DNA of 64,000 nt from Myxococcota bacterium (lineage in GTDB: Bacteria > Myxococcota_A > Polyangia > JAAYKL01). Every line of letters begins with the position of its first letter. The first letter of the stretch is position 1. The DNA lies in assembly GCA_028278265.1 (NCBI GenBank), contig JANQET010000490.1, positions 461-64,460 of the forward strand, written 5' to 3'. Shown piece by piece: positions 1 through 7,697 of the stretch. The notes beneath the pieces were generated by a model. That model worked only from the letters and a program-made list of their open reading frames with translations, did not search any database and was not told where the DNA came from. A program made the position numbers and the translations under genes.

Positions 1-2536
1 CCTGGGCCAGGCGATCCAAGGGGGGCTCCAGATCGTACCGGGCGACGACCCGATCCAACGGCGCCAAGCCCCGACGGCGACGCAGGGCATCGATGAACCA
101 CCGCCTGAACTGGTCCCGATCGAACACCCCGTGGAGATAGGTTCCCAGGATTTGACCATCGGTCGAAGAGACGCCGACCACGGCCCCGTCCTCGCGCACG
201 AACGCCGGTTGCGCGTCAATTTGATCGGTCAATCCGTGGTGAATTTCGTATCCCTCCACCGGGTGCTGGGAGGGGAGGTGCACCCCTTGCGAGCGAATCA
301 GGGTCTTGTCCGGATGCATGCGGGTCCGCACCGGGAGGAGGCCGAGTCCGGGCTGCTCCGTTTCACGGGCAGATTCCAAACCCGTGGGATCGGTGACCGC
401 CGTGCCGAGCATCTGGAACCCGGCGCAGATGCCGACGATCCAAGCATCGGTTTTGTCGGCCAATTGCCGGAGCGCCTCCTTCCAGCCGATATCGCAGAGG
501 TGGCGCAGGTCGGCCATGGTGTTCTTGCTGCCCGGGATGACCACCGCGTCGGGGTGGCCCAGCTGATCCGGGGTTCGCATGGTGCGCAGCCGGACGTCCG
601 GTTCCTCCCGCAGGGGATCGAAATCGGTGAAATTGGACACGTGGGGTAGGTCGATGACGGCGATATCCACCGCCTCGCCGTCGATCCGGCGATCGCCGAA
701 CCCGTCTGTTTTGAAGCCCACCGAGTCCTCTTCGGGTAGCCCCAAGTCGCGGATATAGGGGATCACACCGAGAATCGGTCGGCCGGCCAACGAGGCGAAG
801 GGATCGATTGCATCGGTGAGAAACCGCCGCTGCCCGCGAAATCGGTTGATCACAAACCCTCGAACCAGTTGCTGCTCCCAGGGGGCCAGCAGGGCCATCG
901 TGCCCAAAAACGAGGCGAATACCCCACCCCGATCGATGTCTCCGACCAAGAGCACTGTTGCCTCTGCGTAGCGAGCTGTTTCCATGTTGACCAAATCCCG
1001 CGAGCGCAGGTTGAACTCCGCCGGGCTGCCCGCTCCCTCAATAACCACCACATCGAATTCTGACGAGAGGGAGTCGTAGGCGCGGCGGGTGATCCGTTTC
1101 ATTTCCGCGTGTTGGTCGGCGTATTGATCGAATGGTACCGTAGCGATGGGTTTGCCGTTGACGATGACTTGGGATCCCTTGTCCGTATGGGGCTTGAGCA
1201 GGATCGGATTCATCCGCACATCGGCCGGCACCCGACAGGCCCGGGCTTGCAGCGCCTGGGCCCGACCCATCTCTTCGCCGTTTCTAGTGACGTGGGAATT
1301 GAGCGACATATTCTGCGCTTTGAACGGTGCGACCCGGATGCCGTCCTGGTGCAGAATGCGGCACAGGGCGGCCACCAGCACGCTCTTGCCCGCGTTGGAG
1401 CTCACTCCCTGGATCATGATCGCCGGCTTTTTCTTTGCGCGCTTGTTCAATGGGGCGGTGGTCGTGTCGGCTGCCCGACGGAGCCCGGTAACTAGGTGTT
1501 CGTTTTCGGCGGGTGTGCGCACCGCCACGCGGAAAAACCGATTGTCCAGTCCCTCGTAGTTGTCGCAAAGCCGCACTGCCAATCCGCGGGCCAACAGGCG
1601 GTCGGCCAATTTGCCGGCAGTGAACCCGGCCGTGCACTTGACGAGCAGGTAGTTGGCCTGGCCCTCGAATACCTCAAAACCGGGAATCGCCCCGATCCCC
1701 TGGGCCAGCTCGCTGCGTTGCTCCTTTGTGAATTGCCTGGTGCGTTCGAGATAATCGGTGTCGGCGAGGGCCCGGATCCCCACCAACTGGGCCAAACCGT
1801 TGACCGACCAGGGGGGGGTGATTCGGCGCAGGGCGTCGATCATCGACGGCGCGGCAAAGGCGCAGCCCAACCGCAGCCCGGCGATGGCAAAGGTTTTGGT
1901 CAGCGAGTAGAGCACCACCGCGTTGGCCGGCCGTTGTTGGCGAAAGCTCTGTTGCCCGGTGGTGAAATCGATGAAGGCTTCGTCGATCACGAACGCCGTT
2001 TGGGGATGGCGTTTCATCACCTGCCGCAACTGCTCCGAATCGCAGAGCAGACCTGTCGGATTCGCCGGGTGCCCGATGAAGACCACCGTATGCGGATCGA
2101 TCGCCTCTGCCAGCGCATCGAGGTCGAGGGCAAATCCCCGTTTCTCGGCCAGCGGTAAATAGTCCACGGCGAGATTTACGGCGGCCGCGGCTCGTCCGTA
2201 GTCGATGTAAGACGGTGCCGGGATCAGGGCGCGGGTTTTCTTCAGTGCGCGGACGGCAGTGTACAACAGCTCTGTCGAGCCGTTGCCCACCAGCACCTGA
2301 TCGGGGCGGACGTCGAAGCGGTCGGCAATCGCCTGCACGAGCTTGGCGCAGTCCGGATCCGGGTAGCGGATGATCGCGTCGAGCTTGGCCGCGAGAAACG
2401 AGGGCAGCCACCTCGGCGGACCGAGGGGATTGAGATTGGTGGAAAAATCGACGAGCTCCGAGGGACGAAGATTCGCCCGCTGACCCAATCGAATCAAATC
2501 CCCGCCGTGCCCCAGTTCGTAGAAGAAGTTTACCAT
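1..2536 (-). CDS. cobQ: Fused threonine-phosphate decarboxylase (CobD) / cobyric acid synthase (CobQ/CbiP); 3' end runs off the window, so it is absent from the ORF track
   Basis: ATG at 2536 reads MVNFFYELGHGGD..VDFSTNLNPLGPP..GNGSTELL..PANPTG..IDEAFIDF..SLTKTFAIAGLRLG (PLP class I/II). It continues in frame without a stop into MIQGVSSNAGKS..PFKAQNMS..EGAGSPAEFNL..GDIDRGG..SNFTDFDPL..IPGSKNT..GICAGFQMLG..GYEIHHG..GTYLHGVFD. Confidence 0.93.
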   Translation of the reverse strand, partial: MVNFFYELGHGGDLIRLGQRANLRPSELVDFSTNLNPLGPPRWLPSFLAAKLDAIIRYPDPDCAKLVQAIADRFDVRPDQVLVGNGSTELLYTAVRALKKTRALIPAPSYIDYGRAAAAVNLAVDYLPLAEKRGFALDLDALAEAIDPHTVVFIGHPANPTGLLCDSEQLRQVMKRHPQTAFVIDEAFIDFTTGQQSFRQQRPANAVVLYSLTKTFAIAGLRLGCAFAAPSMIDALRRITPPWSVNGLAQLVGIRALADTDYLERTRQFTKEQRSELAQGIGAIPGFEVFEGQANYLLVKCTAGFTAGKLADRLLARGLAVRLCDNYEGLDNRFFRVAVRTPAENEHLVTGLRRAADTTTAPLNKRAKKKPAIMIQGVSSNAGKSVLVAALCRILHQDGIRVAPFKAQNMSLNSHVTRNGEEMGRAQALQARACRVPADVRMNPILLKPHTDKGSQVIVNGKPIATVPFDQYADQHAEMKRITRRAYDSLSSEFDVVVIEGAGSPAEFNLRSRDLVNMETARYAEATVLLVGDIDRGGVFASFLGTMALLAPWEQQLVRGFVINRFRGQRRFLTDAIDPFASLAGRPILGVIPYIRDLGLPEEDSVGFKTDGFGDRRIDGEAVDIAVIDLPHVSNFTDFDPLREEPDVRLRTMRTPDQLGHPDAVVIPGSKNTMADLRHLCDIGWKEALRQLADKTDAWIVGICAGFQMLGTAVTDPTGLESARETEQPGLGLLPVRTRMHPDKTLIRSQGVHLPSQHPVEGYEIHHGLTDQIDAQPAFVREDGAVVGVSSTDGQILGTYLHGVFDRDQFRRWFIDALRRRRGLAPLDRVVARYDLEPPLDRLAQ

Positions 2537-3291
2537 CGGCCCTCACAAATCAGCACCGTCAACAGGGGAAGAAGCTCGGCGAACTCACATCCCGCACCGA
2601 GGGTGTCTCCGGTCAGCCCGCCGATTTTACGGTAACAGTAACCGGCGAATCCGAGGGAACCGACGGCCCACACCGCTGTGATGAATAGCCCGATGGTGTT
2701 GAGGGTCAGCCAACCGGCTCCCCCCATCACCACCGCGGCCCAGATAAGGTAGACCGTTCGGTGTCGTGGGATGAACAGGTCGGCCAGGCCGCCGTTCGAA
2801 CGGGCGTAGGGCAACAGTGCGAGCTGACACAACAGCGCCGTGCGGCCCGCCAGGGGCATCAACAGGATAACGGTCCAACGGGAGGCCGGGTTGACGGCGG
2901 CCAGGGCGGTGAACTTGAGTAGGATGGCACTCACCACGGCGACGGTTCCCATCACACCGATGCGACTGTCGCGCATGATCTCCAAGATGCGCTGCTTGGG
3001 TCGCGCGCTGAGAAAACCGTCCGCCGTGTCGGCCAGGCCGTCGATGTGCAGGCCGCCGGAGATGGCGATGAGCAGCACGGTGGTGATCCCGGAGGTCAGC
3101 AGTGGGGCCTGCCACAACAGGCCCAAGCCGTGATCGGCCGAGGCGATGAGCCCGCCGATGCCCAGTCCGACCAGGGGAAAGTACTTTGTCGAAGCGCGTA
3201 GCGGGCGTTCCCCGTCACACCAGCGGGACGCCACGGGCAGCACGGTAAGGAATCTCACCGCCGCCAGACACCCTTTGACCTCTGTCAGCAA
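2530..3291 (-). CDS. cobS: Adenosylcobinamide-GDP ribazoletransferase (cobalamin synthase)
   Basis: FLTVLP, GGLHIDGLADTADG, IMRDSRIGVMG, GGLTGDTLGA motifs; hydrophobic; in the cob operon. Confidence 0.95.
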   Translation of the reverse strand: MLTEVKGCLAAVRFLTVLPVASRWCDGERPLRASTKYFPLVGLGIGGLIASADHGLGLLWQAPLLTSGITTVLLIAISGGLHIDGLADTADGFLSARPKQRILEIMRDSRIGVMGTVAVVSAILLKFTALAAVNPASRWTVILLMPLAGRTALLCQLALLPYARSNGGLADLFIPRHRTVYLIWAAVVMGGAGWLTLNTIGLFITAVWAVGSLGFAGYCYRKIGGLTGDTLGAGCEFAELLPLLTVLICEGRW

Positions 3292-3292
3292 C

Positions 3293-4357
3293 TCAATTCG
3301 CCTCAGAGACCCCGGCCTCTTCGAAGGTCGCCACCTCGGTCAGCACGCGGCACGCCGCTTCGACCAGGTGCATCGCCAACGCACAACCCGTTCCCTCACC
3401 GAGGCGCAACTCGAGGTCGAGCAAGGGATGCAGACCTAGGTGATGGAGGGCGATCCGATGTCCGGGCTCCACGCTTTGATGGGCCGAGATCATGTAGCGC
3501 TTCGTCGATGGCGCCAGATGGGCGGCGAGCAGTGCACCGGCGGTGGAGATGAACCCATCGATTAGAATCGGTTTTCCCAGCCCGGCCGCGCCGAGGATCA
3601 ACCCGGCGATGGCGCCGATTTCGAAACCGCCGACCTTGGCCAGCACATCCACAGCGTCCGACGGATCAGGGGTGTTCGCCTGCAGCGATTTTTCGATGAT
3701 CTTAATTTTGTGGAGCAGCTGCTGATCCCCTAGCCCGGTGCCCCTTCCGGTGACCTTCTCCACCGGGGCGCCGCAGAGCAGGGAGACGATTGCGCTCGAG
3801 GGCGTGGTGTTGCCGATGCCCATGTCACCGGTGCCGTAGAGGTCGGTGCTGTCGGCGAATTTGTGAGCGACGTCGATCCCGGCGGTGATACTCTCGATCG
3901 CCTGTTCGCGAGACATCGCCGGACCGACCGTCATATTGGCCGTTCCCGGACCGACCGTATAGGAGAGGATCTTCTGCTCGCGAACCAGGTGCTGAAGATC
4001 GCCGCAGACCCCCATGTCGACCACCACCACCTGGGCCCCCGCTTGACGGGCCAGGGCGTTGATTCCCGCGCCGCCGGCGACGAAGTTTCCGACCATTTGG
4101 GTGGTGACCTCCTGGGGATAGGCGCTCGTGCCCTCCTTGGCGACGCCGTGGTCACCGGCCATGACCACAATGGTCCTCCTGGCAACGGGCGGTCGCAGGG
4201 ACCGGGTCATCTCCGCCAGCCGTTCGGCCAAGTCCATCAACTTGCCCAACGCCCACAGGGGCATGGTCAACTGTTCGAGTCGAGCCCGTGCTCGAGCGCG
4301 AATGGCCTTGCCGCTGGTGATGTCGATTCGCTGAATCGTTTCTTCGATGCGGTTCAT
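3293..4357 (-). CDS. cobT: Nicotinate-nucleotide--dimethylbenzimidazole phosphoribosyltransferase
   Basis: MAGDHGVA, YPQEVTTQM, GDMGIGNTT, GGFEIGA, LRLGEGTG motifs. Confidence 0.96.
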   Translation of the reverse strand: MNRIEETIQRIDITSGKAIRARARARLEQLTMPLWALGKLMDLAERLAEMTRSLRPPVARRTIVVMAGDHGVAKEGTSAYPQEVTTQMVGNFVAGGAGINALARQAGAQVVVVDMGVCGDLQHLVREQKILSYTVGPGTANMTVGPAMSREQAIESITAGIDVAHKFADSTDLYGTGDMGIGNTTPSSAIVSLLCGAPVEKVTGRGTGLGDQQLLHKIKIIEKSLQANTPDPSDAVDVLAKVGGFEIGAIAGLILGAAGLGKPILIDGFISTAGALLAAHLAPSTKRYMISAHQSVEPGHRIALHHLGLHPLLDLELRLGEGTGCALAMHLVEAACRVLTEVATFEEAGVSEAN

Positions 4358-4956
4358 GATTGATGCTCCTTTTTGATGTAAAGGGGGAGGCCGGCGGTCA
4401 TCAGCACCACCTCATCGGCCCGTTGGGCGATCAACTGGTTGCAACGGCCGACGAGATCCCGATACCGCCGGGAGAGCGCATCGGCCGGTACCACGCCCCA
4501 TCCGACCTCATTGGTCACCAGGAACACGGTACCCCGGCAAAGGGCGAGTTGATCGAGCAGCTGACCACACAGCTCGGTGATCTCCTCTTCAGTGAGCAGT
4601 TGGTCGGTCGAGGCGCCGTAGAGCAAGTTGTTGATCCAGAGGGTCAGACAATCGACCAGCACGACCGGGTGATCCCTGAGCTCGGCCATCACCTCGACCA
4701 ATGCGGTTTGTTCTTCGATCGTCTCCCAGCCGCGTCCGGCGCGGTCTCGTTTGTGGCGGTCCACCCGTTCGGTGAGCTCACCGTCGATAACCGGGCAGGT
4801 GGCCACGAAGGTCCGCGGTCCGGGTAAGGCTTCGGCGCGGCGCTGTGCATAGTGGCTCTTGCCGCTGCGACTGCCGCCGGTGATCAAGACAACTTTGGAG
4901 GTCGGCGATGTGGGTGTGCCGTGGAGCGCGGTATGAGTTGATTTGTCAGTCGTCAT
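4354..4956 (-). CDS. cobU: Adenosylcobinamide kinase / cobinamide-phosphate guanylyltransferase
   Basis: LITGGSRSGKSHYA P-loop, DCLTLWINN, VTNEVGWGVVP, YRDLVGRCNQ; start placed at ATG 4956 after GAGG. Confidence 0.95.
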   Translation of the reverse strand: MTTDKSTHTALHGTPTSPTSKVVLITGGSRSGKSHYAQRRAEALPGPRTFVATCPVIDGELTERVDRHKRDRAGRGWETIEEQTALVEVMAELRDHPVVLVDCLTLWINNLLYGASTDQLLTEEEITELCGQLLDQLALCRGTVFLVTNEVGWGVVPADALSRRYRDLVGRCNQLIAQRADEVVLMTAGLPLYIKKEHQS

Positions 4957-4997
4957 TTCCGCCGGCCTCTCCCTCGAAGGCATGGCTGAAGGTTGCT

Positions 4998-5200
4998 GTT
5001 GCCGGCAGGTTTTCGGACTCGAGGGCGATCAATGGAACAACAGGGGTCGCATGCCTACTAATCGCCGCTTCCCAGTCCAGCCGCGGACCAGTGCTTTGTT
5101 GGCGATGTTCGTTCCCTCTTACCGCTGCGGGGCAGTCCCGGACTCTAACCGGGTTCCCTTTTAGGCTCGGTCCGTACTTTCGAGACAGAGCCTAGTCTCC
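4998..5200 (-). promoter_or_regulatory. Cobalamin (B12) riboswitch in the cobU leader
   Basis: Minus strand: AAGGGAACCCGGTTAGAGTCCGGGACTGCCCCGCAGCGGTAA...GCACTG...CTGGGAAG...GAGTCCGAAAACCTGCC (B12 box), directly upstream of the cob operon. Confidence 0.93.
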
Positions 5201-5315
5201 GGAGAACCGGCATTGGGGCCGAGCTCCAGAGACATACCGGCAACAGCGCGTAGTTAGTAGATTCCCCAGTTTTTGTAAAGGCTAATCGAGGGGGGGCTTG
5301 AACGGGTCGACGGGG

Positions 5316-6047
5316 TTACTCCTTGAGGATGGTCGCCCGGGTGATGTAGTCGAGTTCGGGAAAATCCTTCTTGAGGTAGGCGTTCCCCTCCCGCTGAATC
5401 CGTCCCTGGCTGGGGCCCTTGCCCCGGGGTGCCCCTTCACCGTAGCCCGCATAGAGCGCGTTGACCGGTTTCATGTCCCGCACTTTGCCGAACGGCGCAA
5501 ATCCCATGCGGTCCAGCCGGCTGTTGTCGCCGAAGTTGATGAAGAACTGGGTTGTCCGGCTGTTCGGCCCGGAGGTGGCAAAGGTCACCATTCCCTCGGT
5601 GTTGCTCTGTTTCACCGGATCGTCCTTGATGCGTTTGCTGCGCCAGGTGGAATTGACCGACGGATCGCCGCTGATACCGGTCTGGGCCATGAATCCCGCG
5701 ATGACCCGGAAAAACGCCACATCCTTGAAATATCCACCGGTCACCAGCTCGTGAAAGCGGTCCGCCCCGATGGGGGCCCACTCCCGGTGAACGTCAATCA
5801 CGATGTCCCCTTTGGGTGTCTCCAATTTGACGGCAAAATTTTGTGGGGCCGCAGCCGCTTCTCCGGCAGGTTTCTTCTGGGTTACTCCCGCACTCAACGG
5901 TTTGGTCGGTGGTTCTTTTTTGGACGCTGGTTGGGGATCCTCTTTGGTTTCCGTTGGTGGTTTGGTATCCGTTTTATCCCTGGCACAGCTTGCCGCGATC
6001 ATCAGAGCCGCCAGAAGCATGATCGGTGTTGAGTGGTACGCTGTCAT
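5316..6047 (-). CDS. Cyclophilin-type peptidyl-prolyl isomerase, lipoprotein
   Basis: LETPKGDIVI, APIGADRFHEL, FFRVIAGFMAQTG, SRTTQFFIN, FAPFGKV; lipobox AASC; SD AAGGAG before ATG 6047. Confidence 0.88.
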   Translation of the reverse strand: MTAYHSTPIMLLAALMIAASCARDKTDTKPPTETKEDPQPASKKEPPTKPLSAGVTQKKPAGEAAAAPQNFAVKLETPKGDIVIDVHREWAPIGADRFHELVTGGYFKDVAFFRVIAGFMAQTGISGDPSVNSTWRSKRIKDDPVKQSNTEGMVTFATSGPNSRTTQFFINFGDNSRLDRMGFAPFGKVRDMKPVNALYAGYGEGAPRGKGPSQGRIQREGNAYLKKDFPELDYITRATILKE

Positions 6048-6064
6048 CACTGACTCCTTTCTGT

Positions 6065-6595
6065 TCATAGGGTATTTTTCTTTTCCTGGTATTTTTTGAG
6101 GCGCTCGGTCAGCGCTGAAAAAGTGTTGCTGTCCGGGGCCCTGGCCCACGCCCGGCCCACCACATCGAGACATCGTTTGGCCAGCGGCGGCGTCCAGTGG
6201 CGGCGAAAAGGGGGGCGCTCGCAGCCGGCAAAGGCATCCAGCGCATCGGCCAACCAGGTGCATGCGGCGATCGTCGATTCCCGGCCCACGTCATCGTGCT
6301 CGACCAGGGCGCGCACTTTGCCCATCCGTTCGCGCACCTGGCGGCCGCACTGTTGAGCGGCCGGTGTTCCGGTGGTCGGCATCTGTTCCCAAACGCGTCG
6401 GATCAGCTGCAACGAGGCCACTTGGTCCGTATCGGCCAGTTCGCCCGCGCGCCGACAGAGTTGCTGGGCTTGTTTTTGAGCGTCGTAGCGGCACGCGGGA
6501 AGCATCCCGGCCCACCCGATCAGGCCCATCACGAGCGCGTTTCTGGTTCGCTGTTGCACACTCGGATAGTGCACTAAATCATCGGCCGCGGGCAA
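6065..6595 (-). CDS. Hypothetical, probably exported/lipoprotein; true start may be further downstream (MGLIGWAGMLPAC)
   Basis: Fills the gap upstream of the PPIase on the same strand; hydrophobic stretch then LPAC; helical. Confidence 0.5.
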   Translation of the reverse strand: MPAADDLVHYPSVQQRTRNALVMGLIGWAGMLPACRYDAQKQAQQLCRRAGELADTDQVASLQLIRRVWEQMPTTGTPAAQQCGRQVRERMGKVRALVEHDDVGRESTIAACTWLADALDAFAGCERPPFRRHWTPPLAKRCLDVVGRAWARAPDSNTFSALTERLKKYQEKKNTL

Positions 6596-6602
6596 GGACT
6601 CA

Positions 6603-6632
6603 TTGACCGAGTGCAGTACCGCGCCTTACACT
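6603..6632 (+). promoter_or_regulatory. Putative sigma70 promoter, 7 nt before the ATG (leaderless-like)
   Basis: TTGACC-N18-TACACT, ATG at 6640. Confidence 0.5.
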
Positions 6633-6639
6633 AGAGAAT

Positions 6640-7689
6640 ATGGGGTATGCGACGAAAATAGTGGCGATTGGTTTCGGTATACTCGTATGGATCGCTTCGG
6701 CCGTCGCCCGCGCCGCCCCGCCGCTTCCCGACGATTATCAACTGCTCGAACGGGGGTTCTGTCGCTTTGCCGTGCCGAGTGCCAACCAGGGGGTCGTCGG
6801 CGAGCTGGAATCGGTTTGTGAAGACCAATTGCGTATTATTTATCAGCAGTTGGGAGTTGAACGGGATCCTTCCGTCGAGTTGATTGATGTGCGCATCGTC
6901 GTGCGGCCGGACCAGATGAAAGAGGTCTCCCCCCCTGATGCGCCTCCCCCCCGCTGGTCCAGCGCGATTGCCTACCCAGAATCAAACCTGATCGTGTTGC
7001 CCCTTCGTCATCGATCGGGTCAACCCCTGCTGGATTTGGACATCGTACTGCTGCACGAGCTCTCCCATCTGGCGCTGCGGCAGGCGTTAAACGGCGCCAA
7101 GGTTCCCCGTTGGTTCTCCGAGGGCATCGCCGTGCAGCAATCGGAGGGATCGTCGCTGCGGCGGTACTGGGTGCTCTGGCGTGCGGCTCGGGGGAACAAT
7201 CTGATCCCCCTGAGCGACGTGGTTCACTATCCGGCACAACCGGGAAAGATCAATCTGGCCTATGCTCAAGCGGCGGACTTCGTCGGCTTGTTGCTGCGCA
7301 AACGGGGCTGGCTCGGGGTGCGCATCGCCATCCGGCGCATGGCCAGCAACGCCACCTTCGATCAGGCGATCAGCTACAGTTACAAACGCACCTTGAAAAG
7401 TCTCGAATCGGAGTGGCGCAAGGGGTTGCTGGGGCGTTGGCAGTGGTTGCCCCTGTTGACCGGCTCGGGGCTGATTTGGGGCTTGATGGTGGTGCTGTTC
7501 GTGGTCAGTTACTTTGCGGTCAAGCGCAGGCAACGACGGCGAATGGAGGAGATGGAGCGGGAGGAGCAGCTGCAGGATCAGGCATTCGACATGGTCACGA
7601 CGAGCCACCATGCGGGTTCTCCCGCTTTGCCCCTCTCCTTGAAAAAGACAAAGATTCGCATCGACGACGACATTCACACCCTGCACTGA
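6640..7689 (+). CDS. Membrane-anchored peptidase MA-like (gluzincin motif) protein
   Basis: Signal peptide, LHELSHLAL (HExxH) and downstream PRWFSEGIA glutamate, C-terminal TM followed by a basic patch. Confidence 0.75.
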   Translation: MGYATKIVAIGFGILVWIASAVARAAPPLPDDYQLLERGFCRFAVPSANQGVVGELESVCEDQLRIIYQQLGVERDPSVELIDVRIVVRPDQMKEVSPPDAPPPRWSSAIAYPESNLIVLPLRHRSGQPLLDLDIVLLHELSHLALRQALNGAKVPRWFSEGIAVQQSEGSSLRRYWVLWRAARGNNLIPLSDVVHYPAQPGKINLAYAQAADFVGLLLRKRGWLGVRIAIRRMASNATFDQAISYSYKRTLKSLESEWRKGLLGRWQWLPLLTGSGLIWGLMVVLFVVSYFAVKRRQRRRMEEMEREEQLQDQAFDMVTTSHHAGSPALPLSLKKTKIRIDDDIHTLH

Positions 7690-7697
7690 CCCGATTG

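Noticed and set aside
131-2546. ORF-track entries over 1-2.5 kb (e.g. 1674..2546 -, 1496..2158 +)
   Set aside because: Off-frame or antisense shadows of the cobD::cobQ frame
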